Assembly: GCA_051362555.1 (NCBI GenBank) | Contig: CM120642.1 | Coordinates: 1,364,001-1,428,000, forward strand | Length of the DNA stretch: 64,000 bases | From: Lingula anatina | Lineage: Eukaryota; Animalia; Brachiopoda | Reading direction: 5' to 3' | Part shown: positions 13,301 through 52,500 of the stretch, piece by piece | Numbering within the stretch: position 1 is the first letter of the stretch | Layout of the letters: every line of letters starts with the position of its first letter | Translations under genes and position numbers: made by a program | The notes under the pieces: generated by a model | Databases searched by the model: none | The model's input: the letters and a program-made list of their open reading frames with translations, nothing else | What the model was told of the DNA's origin: nothing

Positions 13301-16300
13301 AACCCCTCCTCCCCCCCCCCCCCCCCCCTCATGGAAACCCCACTGTACACTCAATCAGACAGCTTTTTGCACCTTGATGACATAAGCAAATATCAAATAT
13401 TACTCTCTAAGCTTGGAGTTCAAACAGAAAACAGCTTGATAGAACTGAACACATGGTTTTCAAGTGGGAAGTTTTTCATGAATATTTCATAGCTCAAATG
13501 TTATGAAGAGAAAAAAATAGCTTTTAGAAGAAAATCAGCCACTCTTGGATGTGGACACAAGCTTACTTGACAGAACATAAGGAGGTGTGACTCAGACATT
13601 TTTGTGATATTGAATGTTTAAAAAATTACTACAAATAAATATCAGTGAATTCACAGTTCAACAAGGTCAAAGTTGAGACCCCACATGAAGAAACAAATTT
13701 GAAGCTGAAAGTTTTTTCATACACTGAAATCACTTATAAAAATGCTCTGCACTATTGGATGAGGTCCTTCAATTGTAAAAGGTTCCCTCCTTTTGGTGCT
13801 TAAATAATAGCCAGCCTCTTCTCCTCATAAAAAATTTAATTTAAAGGTCAAACCATTCGACAGGATAATATACAGAACTAGGAAATAGCCTATTTTGCAG
13901 AAAAAGAATTCCTGACATGTATGTGAAGTAAAAGGATATTTCAAGGTATAGGGAAACTTTCACTGAACCTTCTTATCCTCAAACAAATTGGGTTATATCT
14001 AAGGAGTGATTTGGTGAAAGAAATGCAGACAAAAAAAGAGGAAAAGAAATTCTAGCAGACGACCAACAGCAGCAATTTGCTCTCTTGACATAGCATGTAG
14101 CACAGTGTAAGGGACTGGGGGGGGGGGGGGGGGGGCATTTGGGTGTCACAGGTATGAAAAAATTATAGCATCCCTTTTTAAATTTTTTATGTATGTGTTT
14201 TAACTGTTTCTCATTCACTCATTCAATCATCTGATGGGGTGTGCTGATGAACAAAGATGTTCTTAAAGAGCACACACGTACAAACACACAGTATATACCT
14301 AGCACACTGAAAAGGACAATTTAGTACCATATTATTATTATTAATCTAAATAAATTTATTAAAATGCATGCATACTGGTATATTTCTTAATTTTTAATCT
14401 AACTCACCCAGCCACTTTTATAACTGGTTTACTGATGTATTAACAAGAAATGCTGCAGTGAAAATCTGACCCATTCCTTAACACCATTAAACCAAAGTCC
14501 CTAGGTAATAAAAACCTGCACATTCCAACAAAACCCTAAAACACATTTTTTTGTTTCCAAATGTGGAGTAATAAAAATCTCTGAATTCCACACAAATTGG
14601 TATGTAAACGCCTAGCACTTGCTGGTGTAGGGTTTTGTTTTCCAGCCTTTGGTAATAAACTCTTCACATGGCACACTAATTGGCAGGAAAAGCCAGGGGT
14701 TTACCAAAAAAATTATCATGTAAATAAAATCTGTCAAAAGTGCTCCTGTCTCTGTCTGGCTATCACCAGCAGGTCTTTATTGTAAGAAGTTAATTTGACT
14801 CTCTTTAACTGAGCTATAAAAACACAATCAAGACAATCAATGTGTCATATTATACAAAAAAAAATAAATAAAATAATAATAATAAAATATAATATAATAA
14901 TGATGATTATAACAATTTCAAAAACAGAATTATTTTTTGTTAAGTAGATATCGATAAAGTGATTGTTTGAGACTGAAGCACAATTTCACTGTTTGTCACA
15001 GCAGGAAATTATATCATAAACATACCATTCCCTAGTCACAGGCACTATTTTCTGTAGACACACCCCATTCAGTACCAATTACAGCTACCAACAGAGAAAG
15101 CTACCCTGCCAAACATGAGATTGTCTTTTTACAAGGAAATAAACTCTTCATCAAGTTCAAAATCTTGGCGAAACACTGAGTCAGCTCTCTTCTTCCAGAC
15201 CACCATCTCAGCAGCTGGTCCTCTTGTCTCTTAATTCTAGCGGAAATGTTGTTTTAAATAGAAATGGATATCCCAAGCTATGAGACACACACACACACCC
15301 ATAAACTGCTCACAGATAAAAACTGTCAGAAAAAAGTCATTTTGAATTATTCTCAGTGACTGCCTAAAGTGATACCTCATTGGTTGTGACATGCAGTTAT
15401 TTGCTTAATTACTAATATAACTCCACATAAAGAAATTATAAACTCAAATAATAATGATATTGGTTTCAAGAGAGTAAGCCAAAACAAATAATTTTTTTTC
15501 AAGTGTATCATATCATTTGTTATTCTTCAATCAAAACATCTTCTAAATTTCAGGCAAGAATTAGCTCACAAATGACAGTAGCAATGTGGGAAAAGCCCAC
15601 AATAACTCCAATAAGTCAACTAAGTGCGGGGTGTAGAGGGCATTTTTTTTTTTAATTTTCCAGGGTTATTGTTGGGTAAAGCATCACAAATTCCACTCCC
15701 TTTCAATAAGCTTATCAGAGGTCAAAAAGTACATGGCAAACTGCTAATCTGATGACAAAATAACATAATACTGGAAAATATTGGCCTAGATACAAAAATA
15801 AACTACACAGTCAATGTGCCTTCAATGAATATAACTTAAGGGCCAGTTATTACCAAAATACTACCCCCAATTAACAATAATAACCTTATCAATAACCAGC
15901 TTAAATTTCTCAAGGCAAAGTAGACGAGATCTTACACCCCGCCATCTGTGCTTTTGTTGCATATCCCACCGAACTGTTGCTTTGTCTTACTAAGCTCACT
16001 AGTGTGAGGTAACAAAGCTAACAGCAGGTGAAAAAGTTTTTCTTCTGGATACGTTTGCTTCAGGGTGATGTCTCACACACCTTCTGACAGATCTGTTTTG
16101 AGGGAGAATAAGTGGTCTCAGGGGAGATAAATACATACGTCTCTAGTTGGTACATGAAACTGATGGCAAGTGAGACTCTAAGGTAGATGAGGGTAAGTTC
16201 CCTTCAAATAATTAAGGGGTCTACAAGACACAACATACACCCCTCTCAAAATCATCAGGATCTTCTTCTATAAAGTTCACATGTATGTATCTAACAATTG

Positions 16301-16306
16301 ATTCCC

Positions 16307-17100
16307 ACTCACCTGATGAAGAAATGGCTGGATCACCTTGGGAATTTCTTGCCAAGTTGGTCAATTCTTTTCACGACAGTCTGAAATGGTGAAACGTGGT
16401 ATGTTTAATTCAGATGAAGGAAATGATACAGGCGTGGAAGTGTTAATATCTACTGCAACATATATTCTGAAATGAAATTTTCCTACTGCATCAACGTACA
16501 GTGCAAGGAGCATCACATGGCGCAATGTCTGCTTTTTTTAGAATCATCAAGCAATAAAAGAAATGTGTTAAAGTGTCGTCAATCAGACGGACACTCTGCC
16601 CCTGCTATTATGCCTCCCTTATTTAAACTGCTCACCTTGAAAAAATAAACATCACCCTCGCCCTTTAGTGCCAGTGTAAAACACTATCCATTCACGCGCA
16701 CAATAAAAATCGATTCATGTTTTCATACATCAGATTCATTCATCGATACAGGGCGGGGGATCTTGTTTTCCCAAGCCTAACCACCAGTGTTGTGTTAAAC
16801 GGTTGAAGAATTGTTCAGAAGCGCTTGTATTCTTCCCAGCACAGTGGAGCAATTTCCTTTAATTTTATTGTGGATGGATGAAGCATTACTTTGGACACCT
16901 TTGGTGTGAACACCTAACACACGTAGATGCCGGGGAATGGCCTGTTGAAATTTTCTCTCCGGCGTTTACTTAATGGAATGTAAACTTGAATTTTGATAAC
17001 TTAAAAAGGAAGATGAACTGCATGGTAAAAAGTATTCAGCAATAGCTATTACAGTCTCTTGTGAAATGTGACCCAACCGGACTTGCTGGGGGGTCGAATT
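16307..17100 (-). promoter_or_regulatory. Possible promoter and non-coding first exon of a gene extending leftwards
   Basis: Local CpG enrichment, GC box GGGCGGGG at about 16750, TATA-like TATTTAAA at about 16620, and a consensus minus-strand donor CAG|GTGAGT at 16307-16315. No coding exon was identified. Confidence 0.3.
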
Positions 17101-20100
17101 ATATACACAATATACCAATGAAGTGAATGTGACCTATCAATATTTGAAACACAAGCAAAATTATCTCTACAATAACACACTGGTGATGTTTTTCAGAAAG
17201 ACGGCATTTACCAATTTTCCTTATAATTAACATTTTGTCATCCTATTCACATTTTAGAGATTTGAAATCAAATCAAATTTTACCACATATTTGAAATATT
17301 ATAAAAAACAAATTAAAAAAAGGTCATTCAGTGACTCAGATGTGTTCTGCCTGGGGTTTGTATACAGATTTGCACTCCAAAAGTTTACTATGTTTGATGT
17401 AAACTGTGAAACGCCATCTTTCTTTTTCCTATTGCTGTTTGCCAATCTCACATTTCACGCCCTTTATTTTCCCCAATGCTGTTTGCCGATCTCACATTTC
17501 ATGGGACAAGAGCCACTTGAATCTGACAGGCAAAGAAAGGTTATGGTTACTGAATGATTCCTCTGTGATGTAGCATAAAAAGAAAAGAAAAAAAAGAGCA
17601 GGTGTTGAAAAGACACCAGGAGGGTGGCATTTATTGTCAAGTATTGTCCAAAGATTTTATACAAAACATTGTCTATAATTTTAGATTTAATACATAAAGC
17701 ACTCCTTAAGCTAAAAATAAAATATTTTATGACACATAACAATAATAAAGGCAGTGCCTAATCCTAATTCACCCTTTTTAAAAGTATATGTTGATTTTTG
17801 TGTTATTGAAACAAACATGCATGCATCATAAAAGGAATTGCTGCCTTTAGAAACTTGATGCATATTTATTGGAGGAGGGTATCCTTTCTTTCCTCCCTTC
17901 ACTTTTATTATTCATTTATCTATTTTGAGTGGGGCACCACCTTCTCAATGCCAAGGATGGTTACTAAAGAAGTAGACAAAAAATTTTGATCAACTTAATG
18001 TTTCATAATCTTTTTAAGTACTTAAAAAACCAAATAATTTCAAGCAGACCATTTCTCACATTTTAAGAAATAATTTTCTACTGACCATGATATTTAATAT
18101 ATATTCAAGTTTCAAACCCCCTCCCCCCCCCCCCAACCTTCTTGCCTGCACATACATATAAATGGACAAATTTAACACATACATCTATGCAAAAGCATGA
18201 CTACATATTCACATTGAAAGTTGATATCTAAGGAATTCAGAAAATAACATTTAGAGAACTTGCACTCTCAGTTGATCTCTTTTTAAAGTTTTGATTGAGG
18301 GCACTGGCAGACTTCCCTACACCACTGTTCTCAATGGGTTTAAGAGACAACATGGGCCTGTCACTTCATTTACACATTTTCCAATGTATCCTCTTGTAAA
18401 AATAGCCATGCACATAGGGAGATTTGAAAATGAGGACTTATGGGATATTTATAATACTAAATGAAATGAAAAAACACTTTTTGCTCTGTTTAATAATTAC
18501 ATGAAAACTTTTATGGGGATAATATTATTATAACAGAAACAACACAGCTGGTCTCTTCATAAAAGAAACATCAAAATATGGGTATCCAAGAATTATCATA
18601 ATCTAGACAATCAATATGCACATAATCATGACAAATGGGTAATAAACAATTTTCATTTTCTTTCACCTAGGTAAATCAATTAGCATTTTGCAAGACATTG
18701 CCTGTGCTTGGTACAAAGATGCAGCTGCTGCCCTCTTTTGGTCACACACAGCATTAGACAAAAACTGTGCATTGATTGGCATTCATACACTCCAAGGGTA
18801 TCATATATGTTTGGTACTTGAAAATACATGTCCCAAAAATAGCTGATGAGATATAATTTCAGGTTCATTCTGAATTTTTACAAGATAGTAGATATGTCAT
18901 TTTATATAGGTCTGGAACATAACCTCAACAAAACTGAAAACTTTCCAAATTTACTAAAAACCCTGGTAACTCCAATGATCTCCAATGAATACTCCGATGA
19001 TCACTTAAATCATTTAACCAGGTACAATATACCAAATTTAATTTTTTTTTCTTGTTGAAAAGGTGTACCTTAAAGAGAGATGAGTATTGCAAATGGCCCA
19101 CAACTGCCTGAATGCAATGCATCCATCCCTTGTTCCATATAACACACATAAAATAGCCTCAGGTAGTAGATTTTTGCCCTCTTCTCTTGTCAGTGATTTT
19201 GCCTTCTACAGCTTTATGGACAAAAAAAGTGAATAAAGTCAGACAAAAGTAACAACCTGTTTGACATGTATGACTGTCCCAATTTTTTGAGGAAATCATT
19301 TTTTGAGGGGACATGTTTTTTTTAATGAAAAAAAGGTAGGGTATTAATTTTGTGTGTGTGTGTGTGAGAGAGAGAGAGAGTGAAAAATAAATAGTTCACT
19401 GTCACTGCTTAATTACTAGTAAAGAGAGTTGCTGTTATTTAACCAACTTAAATCAATTTTATCTGGCCTAACCCATGTCTATCACTTTACATAACCTGAT
19501 CACATCTGCCAGCTACTGAGTAAATTAAAAAGAAAATAAATGATGTGTGTGTAATTATGTTGTTAGCAGAATTATTTCTCTGGATCCTTAGGGAAAGATC
19601 ATCAAAAATGAGAAAGTAATTTGCATATTTACTGCAAGACAAATGTGAAGTGAAACGTACTAATTTGGTTAATACAAGCACAGACGGAAATGGCAGACAT
19701 CAAAATGAATATATTCATGACAGGACAGGGATATTTTTAGGATAGAATAGTAGTTGAAGGAAACAGCTTCAGTCTGTGACTTTAATTTTAATTGTTCTGT
19801 GTAACAGCAACTACAAGAAAAACCTAATTAAAATGTTACCAAAACTTCCATTGACCTAAGTATTGTGCATATACACAAAACCAGGTCATTTCTGAAGAGA
19901 GAATTCACTCTTTAGATACTCTTGTGTTCACTCAACATGGAATTACGTATAATAACATACATTCTTAGACCTGTAAATACACTAGCATGCATCAGTAAAT
20001 ATGCACGTGTACACATACGTCTGCATAAACACTTGTTCCTGGAATTCATGCAACCAGGCACATATATTCATCCAAAATATACCTTGTACCTGTTGCTGAA

Positions 20101-22016
20101 AAAAATGTATAATAACTGTTGGGCCTAAACTCAACAAACAAGCAATATAAAGGAGCTTTCCCAATGCTTTGGTACATAAACATATATGCCATTATTCTTT
20201 TTACTTACTCACTTTTTTTTGTGTACTGAGGGACCTCCAAGCTAAATGTGTTCATTGCAAGTTTCAAAAATGTTTTAACACTAAAATTCTCTATATTTCA
20301 GCAGATGTCAGACTTTCTGAAGAGTGAAGAATTAAGTGTGCCCATAATTTTGATCTGCAGATCTAATAAATGTGTGCCAGTTTATTTTCAGATCTCAAAT
20401 CAATAAAGCACATACCTGTTAAGCCAGTATGTATAGAACCTTGAAAATGAAGAAGCTGGTAAGCATCAGATTTGAGACTTGGGGTAATTATTTCCCAGTA
20501 AACCCACTTACATCCACACCTATAAGAATTTCTCAATTCATCAATTATGTGGAGGCCTGAGAGCAGAGAGTTACTTGAGAAAATGTTTCATATTACCATT
20601 TCAAGATTTATAATACAAACAAATTTCCACTGCCTTCACACTACAAATCATAAGACATTGATCAGTATACTTACATTACTTTTAAATATCTCAGCTTTTC
20701 CTAATTTTCAACTTTTCAAAACGTATTTCTTCATCTATGGAATACTGGTATGCCCATTCTCCAACTGTGGAATAGAAACAGCATACCAAGCTCTATTACC
20801 TGTGTTATTTCACTCGTAAAATTTTCCTTTTGGTCTAGATTATTAACAGCCACGAGCTGAACCAACAAATACAGGCGGTTTTATAAACACAGCAATAAAG
20901 GTAATATTTGTATTTACAAATTCTCAATACAACAATTATGAAAGGCAGTGACTATGAGTGGTAACAAATTGCATGTCCATTCTCAAACAAATGCGGCACT
21001 TTTACGGAAATAATGCTTGGACAAAAGTGGTTTCTTGTTTCAAAAGAGGTTAACAAAGAGGACGGTTTTGGATACATGTTACAGGTAAATAACTGACAAA
21101 CAAAAGCACACAATTCTGATGCTATTCATGGGGTAGGTTTTCTTAATTTTTCATTTAGACCAGAGAGTGTACTTAGTCCCTGCTTTCACCAAAACTTTCA
21201 AATATTCAAGACATCAACTTACATGCAATTGTTCTAGCAAATGAACATGGTGCTTCGAAGTTACCAACTTTTCCAAATTACGCAACATTTTCATTGGCAT
21301 TTTTTTAAATGTCAAGTTTATGTCATCATCAGCTCCTTCCTTTAGCACATTGAGCAGAAATAACTGGTTTTAGTTTTAAAAGGGAGTTATTCAAGTTATT
21401 AGCAGGTACTGGTATATTACATAGGTTGTAACTGTAAAATGCATTTTTTTAGACAAACTACTACAACATACAATTTATATTATTTATATTATTTCAGCTA
21501 CAGAATAGATTCATGAAAAGGACAAATTCAGTGTTTGCAGGGGCACTATTATTTCTTCAGTCAATTTTTATCTAATTTAAATCAACAACAAATCAAAAAT
21601 TGCTGTCAATCATTTATTATGCATAAAGGTCAGTAATGCACTATACAATTAAAAACAGGCACGGAGAGTATATTTCTAGCACAGCTCTCCGTTAAGGGTA
21701 CAAGTCATTGCTTTATCCAGCTTTTACCAGTCACAGTGTGGTCTTTAGCTTCAGCATGGTTTCATATTTAGGTATGTAAAATGTGTCATATTAACCAGGC
21801 CAGAATCTTGACCAGACAAAAAATCAAGAAGCATTGTGTACCCAATTTGTTCAATAAATTATTCAGTTGTTGACACCAGCATATTTTACAATTTACACAG
21901 CTATAGAGAACATGCTGCATTATAAATTCTAATAAAATATAGTATATTATTATTGTTATAATTATATCATAATTATTATTACAAAAGGGATCCCTAATAA
22001 TTTAAGCAGTTACTAA

Positions 22017-22253
22017 AGCCTAGGTCCCAACCGAACGTAAGTGCTGCTACGTGTGGTCTGCTGCCAAAAAATGGGGAAAACGTGGGAGTTCGTGCGTGAG
22101 GAGCACGTCCATCGTGCGACTTTTGGAGGACGCGGACAGCACGTAGAAACTTTTCACCAATTACTTGATTTCTCCCCTGCGATCTAGCTTCGTTCTAGCC
22201 GGACGCAAGGAACCTAAAAACCGTACGTCCAAAACGTAGTTGGGACGTAAGCT
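22017..22253. mobile_element. PIF/Harbinger-type MITE about 380 bp downstream of the MTMR2 stop
   Basis: TIRs AGCCTAGGTCCCAAC / GTTGGGACGTAAGCT, TAA on both sides, CpG-rich interior. Confidence 0.75.
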
Positions 22254-22393
22254 TAAGAGGGTATGAATAATATTATATACATGTAGTCACAAAAAGTCTG
22301 TTCAAGACAATTCCTGACTCACCACATGTAGTCACAGGCAAAGTAAATTAGGTCAATCATATGTCTTTTTCAAAGTCCTGAGATATTACCATT

Positions 22394-22632
22394 GTGAACA
22401 TATAACTGGTAATGTAATCTTAGTCTAAATGAATCTTTGTGTGTACAGGCCTGGTGATGTCACTCAGTTCATTTTAAGTGAAAATTACTCCTGCTGTGAA
22501 GTGAACAGGCCCAGTCATGTAACTTAGTCCATTTCAAGTCTAAATTATTTCTGCTGTGAACAGGCCCAGTGGTGGTCACTTAGTGATGAAATGTAGTCTT
22601 TTTTCAGTCAAAGTCTACCCCGCTGTGAACAC
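22394..22632. repeat. Degenerate about 60-bp tandem repeat at the start of the MTMR2 3' UTR
   Basis: GCTGTGAACAGGCCCAGT...ACTTAGT recurs about 4 times immediately after the stop codon. Confidence 0.6.
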
Positions 22633-22635
22633 ATC

Positions 22636-48968
<26,333 letters not shown>

Positions 48969-49569
48969 TTTGCGTCCTAATAAAGTCTATTTAATCTATT
49001 TCCCGGGCCCTCCTTCAAAGAAAAAATGGCGTCAGTGCCATTTTCCAAGCTCTCCACGCAGAGCCTCGTTTTGAGAAATTAATTTCATTCCAAAAGCTGG
49101 TCTTCTAATCTCTAAATATTCTCGTCTCTTCTTCAACAATTTACCTTAATCATGTTCAATATGAAAAACGAGAGAATATGAGGACAGTAACAAATATTTT
49201 CTAAAAGTGAGGCTATAGATTGGAGATTACTTTTTACGCATTTACGATCTCCAAATCAAAAAGATTCGTTATTATCCAATCACCGTACCCTAGGAAGACC
49301 TACAGAATATTTACTAGATGATATTTACTATTCGTGTTCATGAAATATTTTAACCGCGAAGAATGCCATGGACGATTTATAGTGATTTCTTCATTCATTT
49401 TCGCTCCCTGGAAGTATCTCTTTCAACCAATCCGCCGTGAATACTTAGGGGATACACAATTTTAAGCTAGGTTTTTTTCAGATGGGTCTTTGCTTTTTGC
49501 CGACACGTTCGTTTATCAGGATTCAGGATTGATTGAAGAAATCCTCTGGTTTATGTTTAACCTGACAGA
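48969..49569. promoter_or_regulatory. Bidirectional promoter and 5' UTRs shared by MTMR2 and BLTP1
   Basis: Divergent ATGs are 601 bp apart. The interval is locally CpG-richer, with a YY1-like AAAATGGCG at about 49023 and CCAAT/ATTGG motifs at about 49218, 49276 and 49427. Confidence 0.7.
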
Positions 49570-52500
49570 ATGGCGGACTCTCAGACTTCACTAGCAGCTT
49601 CACATAGCAATACCTCGTTTGTTGACGTGCTGAGCAATGAATTGCACACCAGTTTGGGTTGGTTTCTGTTGTCTATCCTGGCTTCCATATTTTGGTGCGT
49701 GTATATAGCTTACTATAACTCTAGGGTGATCGGACTCATCCTCACCGTCTTGATGAACAGAGTGGTGAAATTTGGCCATGTGCAATTAGGTAAGTATGTG
49801 CCAAAATTGACTTACTGAAGTTGCTTAAGTGATTTGTGCAATTTTAAAATTAATTTTTTCTAAAAAAATTGGCCCCTTATCAACGCCCCCTCCCCCTCAT
49901 ACACTGGCATACACTGCACAGTTGATTAATATCCATTGGGGGTTGATATCAAACTACACTTTCTGCTGGAAAATGGGCCTCTAAATGGGCTAAAATTTGT
50001 GTAGATACACAAGGTTTCATACTCTAAAAGGTCCACTTTCCCCAAAAAAAAAAAAAAAAAAAAAAAAAAAAGCCCCCTTTTGAAACTGCTGGCTATGTAC
50101 AGGCCTTAAATTGACTTTTCAGTTTTTGATTTCAGACAGGTTTTCTGTATGTCTTTATGTAATTATATTAATCATATTTTTTATTCATACATATATTTTT
50201 TCAAAAATTTGAAAGAAAATTTCATATTATCTTTTCAGGGTCTTTTTCCTTCTCAGTATTATCAGGAAAGATCATGTTCAGGGATGTGCACCTCATCACA
50301 GAGGATTTCTCCATCAGAATCACCGATGGCTGGGTCATCTTCAGATGGTGGAGACCCTATGTTTACAAGGAGCTAACTGAAGGTAAGGTCTGGATGTAGT
50401 CATGACTGGTAAAATATTCAGTGAGACGTAGAAAGTTGTGTTTGGTCTGTCCAAGGAACTGGCAACGAGTTTAGGAGCTACTGATGAAAATTAAAATCAG
50501 TCAGATTGAATCAACTTTGATGAATGGTAAATACTTAATATCTTACTTGATTCTGGTCAAATTATAAAATGCCTTTTAAATCAATAAAAATCAAATTAGA
50601 ATTAAAAGCAGTGAAAAAATGTCATGCTATTTTATTAAAATAAAGATGCTTCACAATGACAGTGTAAACTGCTTGTACCAGTGAACCAAGAGTTTGCCTC
50701 TTAATGAACTTTACACTTTTTTACTTCAGATTTCTCTCATTCTGACACCAGAGTCTCCATCTATTTGGATGACTTTGAGTTCCACATCTACAACAGGTCT
50801 CAGCATTATGCCAGGCTTGAGAAATTATTTGGCTTTGAGGAGCTGATGAATCCAAAAGGAAAACAAACAACAGAAGCTGAGAAAGATCTAGCTGAAAGGT
50901 ATGTTTCTTATCCCCCGGTTAACCATTAACTTGTCTGTACTATGCTTAAGTAGTACTGTACATTAACTGATCAAGGGTTTAAATACAATAGTATATCAGG
51001 TGAGATCAAATATGGTTAAAATGTATAGATTGGTCTGAATATCTTATCTACTTATCAGGTTCTCAAATATATTTGATTTGTTTTATCTTGAAATATGTTA
51101 AACTTCACTTGACACATGTTGATGTTGTTGTGTAAAGCAAAATGTTGACTGGTAAAAAAATCATGTTTGATAAATTTCCAGAGCCCGTAGAGCTCAGAAG
51201 GAGGGTTTCCAGTGGAGAGATCTGATTCCGGTGATAAAGCTAGATATTAACACGGTAAAAAAATTATGCAACACAAACTTTAAAATAAATAGTTATATTT
51301 GATTTATAAATAATACAGGATGAGCATGAAAAAAATATGAATTATGAGAGATCAAAATATTGGAGGTAAAACTATTTCAATATTAAGCTGTTGACTGAAG
51401 AAAAATTACTTCATTATTAGGATGAGCAAAAGTAGTAATGTCTGTAGTTTGAAGAGTATGTCTTTTTTAACTTCAGTTCGGATAATATTTATTTTTCTCG
51501 TAGTAACAATGATGTAAGCAATCAATCTCACGTGTCATTTTCCAGGGTCGAGCAGTGTTTGGTAACCACTTGGTTCCCAGTAGTCTGAGTATTAACTTTG
51601 AGGATGCTCACATTGTCTACACCACCAAACCCTCGTCTACCCCCTTTGATAAGTTCATGCACATTGCTAAGTGTACCACAGAGAACCTGAGGGTGATGTT
51701 TGTACCCAGCCCTGGCTATGATGAACCCACGGATGAGTACGTAGAAAGTTTTCATAATCTGAGATATTATCATACTTTGTAGGATTGCCATAGGGACCAT
51801 TCCCAGAGCCTATTGTACTAACTGTGGATCGATCTATCTCCGAGGGGATTCTCGTTAAATTGCAATCAACTTAAGCAGCTTAGATGTCTGTCATGCCTAC
51901 TGAAGCTGCTAGGGGGTAATTAATCATCATTTAGAAGCTTCTGTAGGTGTGCTAGACATAAGCCACTTAAGATGAAAGCAATTTAGCGAGGAAAATCTTG
52001 GAGATGGATCGATCCTGTTAGATCCTGATAGGTTACTGGAATTACAATTTTAAATGAGTCAAACTGATGGCATGTTATCTCTATTTATCTCATGAGGACC
52101 AGAAGAAGTTTCACAATAATGTTAGCCCAATGAAACAAAGAGGTTGTTTATAGATTGAAATGTGGCATATCCCAGGCTGCTCTCTATTTTGAATTTGAAC
52201 TTGAAAATTGTTAAAATTGATAATAGATAAGAATTGTTTTCCCCCAGGCCTCCGCGGTACATGGGTGAGGGATTTGTGGTCCTGCAGTCCAACGATGTAG
52301 ACATTTACTATTATATGGATGCTCCAGGTAGGAGAGAGAAATAAGATTTTATATTTTGATACTATATTGCCACAGCCAAAGAAGTTATGATTTTGCTTTT
52401 TGTTGGTTTGTTAGTGAACAGCCAAAAGAATGGACAGATTTTGGTAGAATTTAAGGATAAGTCAAAAAATCAATTAGAGAAAGTATCAGTTTTATTTTTA

